Below, piece after piece: positions 1 through 11,897 of a stretch of 64,000 nt of DNA. Each line of letters opens with the position of its first letter. Position 1 is the first letter of the stretch. A model generated the notes under the pieces. The model saw nothing but the letters and a program-made list of their open reading frames with translations, ran no database searches and was not told where the DNA came from. The translations under genes and the position numbers were made by a program. This DNA comes from Paraphysomonas bandaiensis (Eukaryota; Protista; Chrysophyceae), in assembly GCA_965644295.1 (NCBI GenBank), contig CBFFRP010000242.1, positions 1-64,000 of the forward strand. The letters are read 5' to 3'.

Positions 1-610
1 AGTTAATGTTCAATGAAATATATCATGAAGTGAAGTGTAGAGAGTATCTGTTGAAGATACATGATCGTCATTAACTACTCCGTTGTGCATGATAGATATG
101 TTTTAAATTGTTATTCATAATTCTAACTTTACGTTGAGCCCATTGAGAGACCAATCCCTGAGAAGTACATTCACCGAATTCGTGAAACATCGATCACCGC
201 TGACGTTACAGATTTGTACAATGCATAGATGCAAATGTTTCGTTGAATGCTGAACTACTTGAAATTGGATTGTATCTGCATAATGCAGTTTCGTGCTATT
301 ATCCTTATTCTTAAGTTGATAGCCACCTAAACTTTTTGAATTATTCTATTACTCGTTTTTTGTCCATCTATGTCTTGGTGTATATATTGATGACGTAAGA
401 TGCATGCTGTTCGTAGGAAGGTAGTTTAACAAAATATAACCCTAAAATATGTGTTACTAGGGAGCCTTTCGAGCCTGTGATACAATTTTTTTCATGAAAC
501 CTCCTGCAACTCCTCTGATACTTCATAATAATAGTAACAGTGGAGACTTGGAAACTATTTATATGTTCATAGTAACCCAGATGAAACCAGTATATTTGTA
601 TCCTATGAAA

Positions 611-724
611 CAGGGCCTGGTAACCGTTAATGGCCCATTAATGGTAGTCCAGTTCCCGGCAGTTATAATGGCATTAATTAAAAATGTCCCGTCAATTATA
701 ATGGCCGTTAATGGCCATTAATAC
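611..724. repeat. Quasi-palindromic TAATGG-rich segment, possibly one end of a hAT-like MITE
   Basis: Starts CAGGGC like the hAT TIR at 20496. Contains the hairpin CCGTTAATGG/CCATTAATGG and repeated TAATGGC motifs. No partner end was found. Confidence 0.3.
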
Positions 725-895
725 CTACAAGCTTAAAGTAGATAATACTGCCCATAATAAATAGTATATAGTGCTCTCTTAATTACTAATTTTTAATTAA
801 ATAGCAGACTACGAATTCTAACTACTTCTCGCCCTCTACTGGCACATCAGGATCTTCTTGCAGGGCTTCATGGAGGGTATTAGCATCTCACAACA

Positions 896-1738
896 TGTAA
901 TTGGCTCGTAGGAATAGCAACGATTCTAGACGATGTAGATTCATGTTTCTACTTTCAGGTGTGATTATCAACTATGCACTACTAAAGAGCCTCTCAGCAA
1001 CATTAGATTGTGCTTCAATATGAATCAAGCAGCTGTAGTTGGACTCATAGTTACCAAGTCGACCTCTCTTGGTGACCACAAAATCACACATCACACCGCA
1101 TGCATACTAAACGGAAAAACAGCGTATAAAACTGAAATAAAACAAGAATATACTCCTCGGGTGAATATGAGCAAATCTTAAGATATCTCTATACATATCC
1201 TTCTGTGACTTGTAATCTTTCTGATGAGAAAGACCGTGTTTACAACGTTTATGAATTTAAAGTGCTTCCCAACCCGAGAATACACTGTCCAGAACACCAA
1301 ACCGGTGAAACTGACTCCTAACACAAGCAAACCGCGAGTATAGAATGAATTAAAGTGAATCACCACGCTATTCAAAGTCACTATAAATCATCTACAATCC
1401 TCTACTGTATTCCATGTATCATACTTGCAGTTATACGGGACGTATATTCCTTCAAGGATACTCAACACCTTACTCCCGAGTACAGCCGTATAAATCCACG
1501 TATAGCAGTGCGTAATCTTAAATCCTGGTGCTCTGGGTAGTATAGTTAGAATTTTGGTTGAATTTAGTAGTCATTACAGGTATGCGTGACAGACTCGTAA
1601 CTAGACCCTTGTGTTTCCCACGTAATTAAATATCTTGTACTGTTTGCTGTCCTCCTTCTGTTGTTGACTCTCTTCTTGTTGCTGAATGCTTTATTTCGCT
1701 GCCACAATTTGCTACAATATATACCCCCCAGGGTTACA
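896..1738. mobile_element. Possible solo-LTR-like insertion
   Basis: Bounded by TGTAA...TTACA and non-coding. The copia RNase H homology starts immediately after 1738. No target-site duplication is visible. Confidence 0.25.
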
Positions 1739-2575
1739 CGGGGGGTGACTGGAGAAGTAGGGTTGAAAATTGACAGCCACACACCATTATTCCTGGATTG
1801 TCAAAGTGCTCAGGATATATTTGAATTGAGATTAACAATCAACAATTCAACAATCGAAACATATGGAGATTAAGTGTCATTTGATTAGAGAGCATGTGGA
1901 TCACGAAAAGTTTAGTACAGAGAATTTAATTCATGTGAGCAGTCGACAACAGATGGCTGATATATATACCAAGGCTTCGTGTGGTCCAAGAAATATTGAT
2001 CTGAGGGAGCGAAATCTTGGGGGAAAAATAATCGCAGAGGTACCCAAGGTAAAGAGAGCTCGTCGTAACTACACCCAATTGAGTGGGAGTGTTGAGTTCT
2101 GCAATATGATGTGATATATATTTTGCAATTGAAGTAAGTTAATTGTGTGCAATAGGTGAAGTCAACTCGTAGGTGTAACGATGATTATGGTTACAAAGGA
2201 ATTAAATTCAGCTACTGATGAATGACTATATAAGATATAGGACTGACTGATGAACAGATGATGCTGAGAACGAATGTTCACCAGATGTTACATGAACATA
2301 TAGTGAAGTGTTTCGATTAATAATCATAATTTCTTAATTGATAGTGCATTGTGTTCTACAAAACAAGGTTAAGGTTTACGTGTAGAGCAAAGTTAACTTC
2401 AGTGAAATGTCCAATTCTAAAATCGTGCACCTATATTTATACTGCAGTGGGTTCTCATTAGACCTACAGCCGAGAAGAAGTACAAATAGAACTCAAAATT
2501 CATGTTATTTATTTCTCTGTGTTCGATTTACTTTAGATTTACTTCAAGTAATAACTGAAATTGAAATTACTTCAA
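1739..2575 (+). mobile_element. Ty1/copia retrotransposon 3' remnant (RNase H, PPT, 3' LTR)
   Basis: Frameshifted RNase H motifs TPLFLDCQSA and EIKCHLIREHV...LIHVSSRQQMADIYTKA. These are followed by the purine tract GAGTGGGAG and the LTR start TGTTGAG at ~2090. Confidence 0.8.
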
Positions 2576-2600
2576 CCCAGCTAATAGATAGTTTTCATAA

Positions 2601-3344
2601 TCATTCAACCTTTCCTTCCCTCCTCCGTTCAGGATTTACCGTCGCTCCGTCACTGGAATGGATTTCATCCTGACCTGTTTGTCTGTTTGAAGGAGAACCG
2701 TCCGTGCCTTTGCTCAATAGAGATGGGTCTGCAAGAAACTTGTAGACTTGTTCTGTCAGAGTGCCAATGCAAGGAAAATCGAAACCGTTGGCGAGGACAA
2801 GAACAACATTCCACCTTCTCTTACGATTCTCAAGAGAACAGAATTCCAAGAAAGTCACTTTTTTACCTAGAATAACATGGGCAATGTCGACCAAATGTTT
2901 CACAGTCACTCGCGAAATGTCATCTTTTTCAATTGCAAACCAAAGCAGCTGACCCAGAAACTGCTTTATCCTTGCGGTTTGATCTACCATTTTATTAGAG
3001 TCGATCAAATTATCAATATCAGTCAGCTTCTCGGCATTGGAAAAGGCTGTTTTGATTTCGTCATCCAGTTCATTCTCGTCACTGGATGATGCTGTCTCGT
3101 CACTGGATGATGCTGTCTCGTCATCCAAGCTTTTCTTTGCAATAACAGGAACGATCCTTACTTCGATCATGTTCGAATTGAATCCCAAACACCACAAATG
3201 TCTAGTCGAGCCAAAAGACTTCTCGTACAAATTCGCATCCGTAAGTTTGATCCTCTCTTCCCGCCTATTTTTCATGTATTTCTGATATTCAGTGAAGGCT
3301 TTTGCCACTCCAGAAGCGTCAAGCGAAAAGGACACAACCGACAT
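2601..3344 (-). CDS. Orphan intronless ORF, 247 aa, unknown function
   Basis: Uninterrupted ORF with an internal 24-nt duplication (DETASSSD x2). No recognised domain. Confidence 0.5.
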   Translation of the reverse strand: MSVVSFSLDASGVAKAFTEYQKYMKNRREERIKLTDANLYEKSFGSTRHLWCLGFNSNMIEVRIVPVIAKKSLDDETASSSDETASSSDENELDDEIKTAFSNAEKLTDIDNLIDSNKMVDQTARIKQFLGQLLWFAIEKDDISRVTVKHLVDIAHVILGKKVTFLEFCSLENRKRRWNVVLVLANGFDFPCIGTLTEQVYKFLADPSLLSKGTDGSPSNRQTGQDEIHSSDGATVNPERRREGKVE

Positions 3345-3559
3345 GTTTGATTAAACGGATGCTTGTTTGTTTGGTGTGAATTAGTTGTAAAATATGGCTG
3401 TCTGTAATTATAGTCTGCTGCATACGTCGTTAGCATATCTTTCAAATGGATATCAGCCAGAATCTTATCGTATCTTGTGCAGTATTGAGTGGTGGCGTAT
3501 CTTTCTAATCACAGAGTATCTTCTTACCATATCTTGAGCAGTCAGAAGGCCAATTGCAT

Positions 3560-3940
3560 ATTGTATCGGCAGTCAGTATCATAGTTTTCGGAAATATATT
3601 GAAACAAAACTATTCTATCATATTAATGCAATGAAACTACGTCTGGAATACAGATAATTGTTGTCTCAATACTGGTTGACTACCTAAATTGCACAAACAC
3701 ATAAATGCATAAAAAATAGGCTGCATAAACTCATGAATTTATGCAGATTTATGTTTTTTTAGGAGACCCCTCCGGACCCCTCGTACAAACTATCCTATAT
3801 GCATAAACATATGCAGAAACTGGGTCTGAATAGATTTCTATAATCCCAGATTTTTTATGCATTTATGTATTTATGCAATTTAGGTAGTCACCCACTAGAG
3901 GCATCTTAGAACAAAAAGGATGCCGATACGCCTGTAGCTG
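3560..3940. repeat. Dispersed DNA-transposon-like repeat (GTATCGGCA...TGCCGATAC family), copy 1
   Basis: Reverse-complement similarity to 30982-31100 and 62704-62865. Interrupted by the MITE at 3672-3895. Confidence 0.75.
3672..3895. mobile_element. MITE with ~45-bp imperfect TIRs and TA flanks (Tc1/mariner-like)
   Basis: TGG(T/G)TGACTACCTAAATTGCA...ATAAATGCATAAAAAA is inverted at both ends, with TA on each side. The uninterrupted site is seen in the repeat copy at 62745-62762. Confidence 0.8.
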
Positions 3941-4196
3941 TAGTGTGGCAGCAGGTTGACACAACATTATTTCTAGATCTCCAAAAACCGGAAGAAAATA
4001 CCACTTCCTTTCACATAAATGTTGGGTTTTTTACAGCAGTATACTGGTATACCAGAGAGTATATTCAGCATACCGTGTTGTTGTAGGTGTACCGGTATAC
4101 CGTATACTTCGTACATGGGTACATCCTTCTAATTCTCTTGCATTCATCATTATTCGCTCGTATATATAGATCTGTACATCAATCCATATATGAACA

Positions 4197-4415
4197 ATGA
4201 CTCGAAACACAGGAGCATTCGTGTACACTGGGGCAGGGAAAAAACAATCAGAAGATGCTGATCCATGTGTCAAAGCATGTCGGAAGATAGCATGTCAGAT
4301 TCAGTATTGTATGGCTAAAAACAATCACATGCAGAGTAAATGTGAGGCCTTAGCAAAGTCATGGGATGAATGCTGCGAACAGGTTCGACGTAGTGAATCT
4401 AAACGAGGAGAATAG
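4197..4415 (+). CDS. CMC4: CX9C-motif mitochondrial intermembrane-space protein, Cmc4/MTCP1NB-like
   Basis: 72 aa. DPC...ACQIQYCMAKNNHMQSKC...WDECC matches the Cmc4/p8MTCP1 cysteine pattern. Confidence 0.75.
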   Translation: MTRNTGAFVYTGAGKKQSEDADPCVKACRKIACQIQYCMAKNNHMQSKCEALAKSWDECCEQVRRSESKRGE

Positions 4416-4814
4416 TCGGACTAGATTGACTATGAAATACATGAATATTGTTGTAGCATGGTACAGTTAGTATATTTTCTTGGTTGGACAGCCGAAATGT
4501 TGATTCGTGTTAGGTTAGGATGACAATCGCTGCATTTATTTGATTGCTATGGGATTTGAATATGATGAAAGCTATCTGTGCAAGATTATGGTGCATGATT
4601 GCACTGATTGGTATTGCTCATGTTGTATCATTTTTGAATTCAACTTGGACTTTGATTGTGTACTATGTGACGTTATTAGCGGTAAAAGGTGTGGCAAAGG
4701 AGGCAACGATGATGCAGTGTATATATTTTGTTGGGTTATGTTGTTTGGTTGTATGTACTACGTATCAGGAAAAGGTCAAAGTGTGGAGTGTATGGTGAGT
4801 TGTAGCTTGGGATC

Positions 4815-4953
4815 TATTATTCAGCCTTGTCAAATTGGTTGAAAAACCTAGTCACACCAAAATTGACAGGGTTATCACTAAAACTGATTAGGCTTATACA
4901 CCGATTTCGGTGTGACTAGGTTGTTTACACCAATTTGACAAGGTTGAGCAATA
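4815..4953. mobile_element. Short fold-back MITE
   Basis: ~50-bp imperfect inverted arms: CCTTGTCAAATTGG..AACCTAGTCACACC / GGTGTGACTAGGTT..CCAATTTGACAAGG. Confidence 0.7.
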
Positions 4954-5237
4954 TTTCCCCGTTGTAACTTCCATGTACATGGAAACTTAATACATAATCA
5001 TCATTCATTATTGAAATATGTAACATATTACAATACCACAATTTCACTAGTTCACACACTCGCAATATGGACTATGGACCATATTTCATCATCGGAATCA
5101 GCACAATAATGCAACATTTGACCCACCACTACATTCATTACATATATAATATATACACATGTATAATGTACATTTCATGGGAAATAAAGTAACACAATGT
5201 TAAATTTAGCTACACCTTATATATTTGGGCACCATTT

Positions 5238-8150
5238 CTACGAAAGATCAAATCCTTCAGTCTCCATAATTGCAAAGACAAGTTTTTCTTTCATCACATC
5301 AACACTGGAGTAAATGGGAATCACAAGTTGATTGAAACATGTATGTGCTCTGGGAAGAGAGTCCTCTACCATGTCTATCCCTTGAGTTAAATTGAAAGGT
5401 GGGTCATAGCCGTCTAGAGGAACCGATGAAGTTCCTGTTACGAATTTCAAAAACGATCGCTGTAAGCTGTCCTCAAACTCTCTCACGACCTGCCAGAGCA
5501 TGATCACTTGGGGGTGACTGTCATTGAAGTCTTTCTCTCCCTTGGAAGATGTTAGTATATTATTGGAGTGAATATTGATTTGTAACCTGAAATATGGTGT
5601 AAGCTCGAATCTCTTCCACATCAATAGATGGTTTGCCGTTAAGCATCAAATCTAGATCAGCTGAAGATATCTCATTGCTACAGATGACAGCTAGGGGAAC
5701 TAATTCCCAAAATCCCTATGAAAAACATTACGCAATATACGACCTACGCTCTGATAAGGATAAATCACCTCTAAAAACGGTGTGAGCAGCGCAGATACGC
5801 TGAACACAGTCTTCCACTGCGTCATCAACCTAATATATTCGGATTTATTCTCCTGTGTGACAGGAATTGTATCTCCATTCTTGCACAGAATAACATCATT
5901 ACCATCAGGTCCGACAACAGTGAACGTGCTCTCAATAATATCTGTAATGTCGTTACATCTCATCCACTCTAGCGACTTATGAAGTTGTGAATCGAGATCC
6001 TTCACATCCCTGGAATCAAATATTGCTTCAGAAAAATTCTTATCTTTTATTCCATAAGTCATTAGTGTTAATAGTACCCCACTCAAGGGTGCGTGGACCA
6101 TGTGTTGATCGTGCAGTGCTTTTCCAAGCATGCGGCCCATAAAGTGAGCAAATGATGGTCCATCTACCCGTCTTAGGCTCTCCACTGAACGTACTGACAC
6201 TTGATCCTGAGGTTCTGGCTTATCTTCTTTCGAATTCGCAGACGAACTTAATGGAGCATGTATCCTCGGTGTAATTTCACTAAAGTATAATTTCCCACTC
6301 TCTGTTGTTCGCAACCATCCTCTGTATTTTCCTCCTGCATACCGCAGCATTTGACGAGAAATAAGCAAATAAAATTCCTTCGAAAGTCCCCCTGCATCAA
6401 TGCCTTCTTCCCCTTTAAAGGTTACACGCAACCGTTTGCGAATCTCCCCTCCCAAGCCCCCTGTTCTGAAGGTGCGCATGATATGATATGTTTCCGCCAA
6501 CATGCAATCTCTATCCACCTCAAGATGAAAAACAGAGGAAGCAGAAGTAGGAGGGGGGGCAAGGCTGCCTAACGAGGAGGAATCCCCCTGACAATTTTCC
6601 TCATGTCCTAATGATAGAGCGGTCTCCTGCCGATGCTTCCGTAAGTCTCTCATGAAGCGAAAGCGCTTCAGACGGAAATTAGTGGTCCGTTCAACTGCAC
6701 GCTCTCTGTCATCTCTAATAACTTCTGACTCTCCTACCGGCTGACCTGTAATACCCATTTGGTCACTGCTTGCTGTTCCAGATAAACTTCGTGCGAGGGT
6801 GATGGCCACAGGCTCCTGTAGTTGACGGGAGCCTGTCAGAACATTGAAGTAAAACATCTGACGAGTTTGATGATCATAGTATGTACGCCAGGCTGCAGGG
6901 CAGCGCTGAGCATTCGCATAAGCCGTTTCCGAGTCACTATCCCCTTCTCCAGAAACTGTATCACCAATGCCAGCTGCATTCTCTCTCCAGTCACCAGTCC
7001 TCGGAGCAACATATAGTCGGGACGGAGTCTGAATAGAGTACACTTCACAGTAGGCTGACTCCCCGACACAGTTCACGGCTTTGAGGCGAAAGTTATAGGC
7101 AAATTGAGGATGAAGATTGAATACGACATGATATAGCATCAGTCCAGAAAAGAGAACTGCGAACGATGGCTCTCCGACGGCCCTTCCCTCCAGAATATAT
7201 CGTTCTATGGGCGCCCCGTTGCAATCAGGAGGGTTCCAGTAGAGGTGTGTTGCATGTGGAAGAATGGCACTGCTCGATGGTGGACGGGGAGTGGAGGGCA
7301 CGCCAGGTAATGTGGAGTAAACAATTGATGGAGCAGAAAATTCTGACCATCCCTTATGATTTCGATACCTTAAACGAAATTCGAAGCTTCGTCCAGGTTT
7401 CAATGGCTCAAATAGGTGCGATCTAAAGCAAGTGGTGTCCCATGTTTTAGATACAAGTGCCTGCCAGGGATAGGGATCGGTGGGATTTCCAGCAACACAG
7501 GCCGCCCGATATCGTCGGTACTGTACCTCGACATATTGGGCTATGCCGGGAGGATCAGGAAGTTCCCAGTAAAGGTCTAGTGACTCCTGTGTACGTCCCT
7601 GTAACTGAGGAGGCAGAGGGGTGGCTTGCACTGCTGCGTTGAGTTCGGTTGCCTTTGCAATGCTGTCGATTGTTATGTCATATGTAACAGAAGAGCGTTC
7701 GAATACTATCACCACCCTGCCCTTCGAGGTAATCATCACAGTAGTCGGAACTGATTTAATCATTTTCTATTATAAACTCCAGCGGTGAGCTACTGAAATC
7801 TACAATAACAACTTTACTCACCCATTCCTGCTCAACTTCATGTAGTGCCCCTCCCCGCTGCATAGCAGCTTCATCATCCGCTCGTACCCATACAGGTGAT
7901 AAGGGATCCAGTGATTGTCTAGTAGTTACAACAGGTACTATAATACATCATAAGTGAAGATCATATGTAAGTTTCATATACCTCCATAATAGAAATGCTC
8001 AGCAGCATATTGTACACCTTTCTTAAGGATTAATTCACCTTCTTCAATTTCTTTTTTCTCATCAATTGTCCATAAATTAAGTGAATTCTTTCTTTTTTGT
8101 TCTTTAATTGATTGATTTGAAGAATTTAATAATGAGGATGTTGCACCCAT
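5238..8150 (-). CDS. HECT E3 ubiquitin ligase with 2 FN3 domains, a WW domain and an N-myristoylation motif (multi-exon)
   Basis: Start MGATSS at 8150, joined by GT-AG introns. FN3: LKPGRSFEFRLRYRNHKGWSEFS and LHPQFAYNFRLKAVNCVGES. WW: WRTYYDHQTRQMFYFNVLTG. HECT: FKGEEGIDAGGLSKEF, FLKFVTG, LPRAHTCFN. Confidence 0.9.
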
Positions 8151-8937
8151 GTAATTAAATAGGAAACTATGGAGTATATGAATGATATATATATATATAC
8201 ATGTTAACTCTTAATAGCATTCATTCTAAATGATTTCTTCTTGTTATCCTCCTTCCAACTTGTTTGTTTTCATACAAGAGAAGTCGAGGTGGGATTATCA
8301 TACACAAGATATATCTATTACCTTACTTGCTTTGTATAGTAATATGATATATATGGTAGTTATAGTATATAAACACCATGTATATTATGAGTGATATGGA
8401 TATGTATGTAAATATATAGACACTGAAGTGTTAAAAGAAGAAGAAGTATGAGAGTGATAGCCAATAGATAAACAGTACTTCAAAAAAATTGAAGTATGTT
8501 GGAGACGTTACTATGAAGTATGTGTATCTATAGTTGATACATAGAGCAGCCAGGAACATACTGCGCCCACACTCACATTTTGTACCTAAACTGTATGAGA
8601 TTAAACTGAAAAGCCTGAATTCCCATAATCCTATAAAAAAAAATATAGGATTTCCAGAACAAGGGGGGGATTATATGTGGACATTTCTTTAGAAAACCCA
8701 TATAGGGGTGATATCGTGATATACATATCCTTATATTCCCCATGGCATGCTATCTATACGATACATGCGTGTGTTGTTATGTATGTATATTATCTTAAGT
8801 GTTATTAAAAGATATATACATTCAACAATTATAATAAACAATCATTATAAGGAATAGATTGTATTAAGAAGTATTCTATACTATTTTATTATAATAGAAT
8901 TACTTAAAACAACTTGTGTTTGTTATATATCATAGAC

Positions 8938-11855
8938 ATGGAAACCATTAAGTTCATACCACCACAATGTATGGTAGACTTATCTTTTTGGGAAATGCTT
9001 TATGAATTAAAACTTAATAAGTTTCGTATTGCAACAGATGAACAAGAGATTGTTTCATTTATTCCCAGTAATAAGAAAGATATTGTCCTTACTAAACATT
9101 CATTTAAGAGTGAAGCGGAGACTGGGTATCTAATCATGGATTATTATCTATTCTTTTTTATATTAATGATATTACTTTTGTAGAAGTGATGTTGTCTACT
9201 CCACTGGAATACTGAAGAATGTCAACACTGCAAATGTAGGATATCTAGTATAATTGTGTGACTGTTTCGATGAAATGCGAATTCAGGAATTTATCGCAAT
9301 CAAGAAGCCAGAATTTCTTAACAACATGGCCAATAGTCTCTGGCGAAGTATTGTTGGAGGTGAAGTTCTTTCCAATATTTCTTCCTTGCAAAGTTTCGTT
9401 TTATTGACATATGCTGACCTCAAACAATATAAGTTTACCTACTGGTGTGTGCTGTTGACAATAACTGCTTGTGTGTAATAGTGTTGTGGTTAGGTTCGGC
9501 TTTCCCACATTTGTACCGGAAAAACCCTTCGTGCATTATACTCCACCTATTCAAGTATGTACTACGTTTACTGAAAGCGACATTGAAGTTGCCAATTTAA
9601 GCAGGTAGTGGGCGTGTCTGTAGTGTCGTGAGAATGCAGAACACTTTATTAATATACCTATGTGTACAGTGGTGAACGCATGTCTCGCCAAGAATTCGTG
9701 TTTGCCATGGTGCGGGGAAGTGATGGGGCATATATGCAGCATAGTCTTGGGGAAGCCTGGGAGAAACGCGCTACACCTGATGTTATCTTTGTTTACTCAG
9801 GGCCTGGCACTGGAACGGTGCCTACAGAAGGCATATCAGAATGCTCATCTCCATGTCCTTGGGGACTGCGAAATGTTTTAGCCATGCTGGCGGTGGGGGG
9901 CGCGGGGTGTGAAGCCATAGGTGGTCGAGTTGTACAAATTGTTGTTCTACAATATGCAGGCAAAATGTCTGGCACGGACCCACTTTTGAGCATTCTCCTT
10001 CCTGAAGGGTGCTTTGGAGACGTGTCCTCCGGTAGGAATTCAAAAGTTATGTGCAGACCACTTATAATGTATATCCAGTGACAACCCCACTCCCTCGCGT
10101 TGTTGGGTGGCAGCCGAATGACAGGTAAGCAGTTAATTCAACGATTTGTGTGTCGGAGCTCATGTTCTACAAGGGGAAAGCCAGGACCGAGGGTGACTGA
10201 TACAAGTTCAGTACACGACACGAAAAAAATTATGTCACAGGCGGTGGATTTGAATGTTAGGCTTATGAAGTGGCGCATGTGGCCTGATCTTGACACGGAA
10301 TTACTCTCATCTACACGATGCTTACTGCTGGGTATGTATTTTGTTATATTAGTAATATTTTGATAGGCAATGTCCATGTATAGGTGCTGGGACGCTTGGA
10401 TGTGCAGTGGCCAGAACGCTGATGGGTAGGTGATATATAAATACATAGTGTTCATCGTAATCTCATAAGTGGGCGAAGGTTGGGGAGTTCGAGATTTGAC
10501 CTTTGTTGACAATGGCGTAGTATCCTACTCTAATCCCGCTAGACAGGTGAGTCTTTCGTATACACATATTCGTCTGTGTGTGGGCCTTTTTAGCACTTTT
10601 TATAATACATATTGTAATGGTTAGAGCTTGTTTGAGTATGAAGACTGTGTTGCCCGTGCCAACAAGAGTGTTGCCGCAGCTCAACGACTACAGAAAATTT
10701 TTCCCGGCATGCGTTGCCATGGGGAAGTCCTTACTATTCCAATGCCGGGTCATGCTATAGGCAAAACAGAAAAGGAAACATTTTATGCAGCAACAGAGCG
10801 TTTGAATACATTAGTCAAAGAACATGACGTTGTATTTGCACTGACGGATAGCAGGGAGGCTAGGTGTGTCATGCATTTCTATTTAGACAGACCTGATGTT
10901 TCGTCTGTAGGTGGCTTCCCACTGTGATGTGCGCTGCTCACAATAAGGTAGGCTCTTTTACGGTCTCCAATGACATTGCATTTATATATATACGTTTTTT
11001 CGAACACACTATAGCTGCTTATTAATTCCGCTCTTGGGTTTGATTCCTATCTCATAATGAGGCATGGACATGGGTGTCTACATGACCCACAGGATGTACC
11101 CTCCCGGTAGGCTGCACACTTATTACATTATTGCATTTTTTGAAATTGCTCGTTTGATTGATTGTCTGGTGCTTTGCTTTTGTCCGAACACAGTCTGGGG
11201 TGCTATTTCTGTATGGATGTCGCAGCTCCAGGAAATAGTCAACGAGACCGCACAATCGACCAGCAGTGCACCGTAACTCGTCCAGGACTTGGTGAGTTAA
11301 ATAATATATGATTTTTGCCTTACAACCGGTAAACTATTTCCTCTGTACCTCAGCACAAATTGCCTCTGGATTTGCAGTCGAGATGATGGTGGTGAGTGGA
11401 TTTTAGTGCTTTTGTTGCACTATTATTTACATGTTACAGGCTCTTCTTCATTCTAAAGGGAGACAACGAAGTCCTGCACCTGGAAATGGAACAATTGATG
11501 AGGCAGAGGACAGTCTTGTTCCGCATCAAATCCGTGGGTTTGTTCGTTCCTTTGGCCACGTTACTCCTACGGTAGGCAATATGTAGTCACTTCTTCTGTA
11601 ACCACACCTTATCAATGTCTTGTCTATGACTAGTGCCATGCATTTCCGCATTGTACTGCGTGCTCTCCGGAGATAGTGCGAGCTTACATCGAGTCTGCCA
11701 ATTCTGATGAATTGAAAGTAAAGTATCGCTTTGTGGAGAGTGTATGCAATGACCCAAACGTGCTCGAGCAACTAAGTGGGGTGGCTGATCTTACAGCCGG
11801 ACTTGATGATATCGATCTATTAGATGACAATGATGATTCTGCTGACGATTGGTGA
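8938..11855 (+). CDS. ATG7: Autophagy E1-like enzyme ATG7 (multi-exon)
   Basis: [13 protein letters not shown]; [12 protein letters not shown]; CLLLGAGTLGC (spliced); IPMPGH; DSREARW; LGCYFC..D; [12 protein letters not shown] with the catalytic Cys; VPHQIRG; CTACS. Confidence 0.95.
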
Positions 11856-11897
11856 GGTGATAAGCTAGAGTATGATGCTTGCGTAAATTTTAACTTA

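Noticed and set aside
4519-4842. Short hydrophobic/Cys-rich ORFs downstream of CMC4
   Set aside because: No recognisable motif or clear ATG/splice structure, and they run into a MITE.
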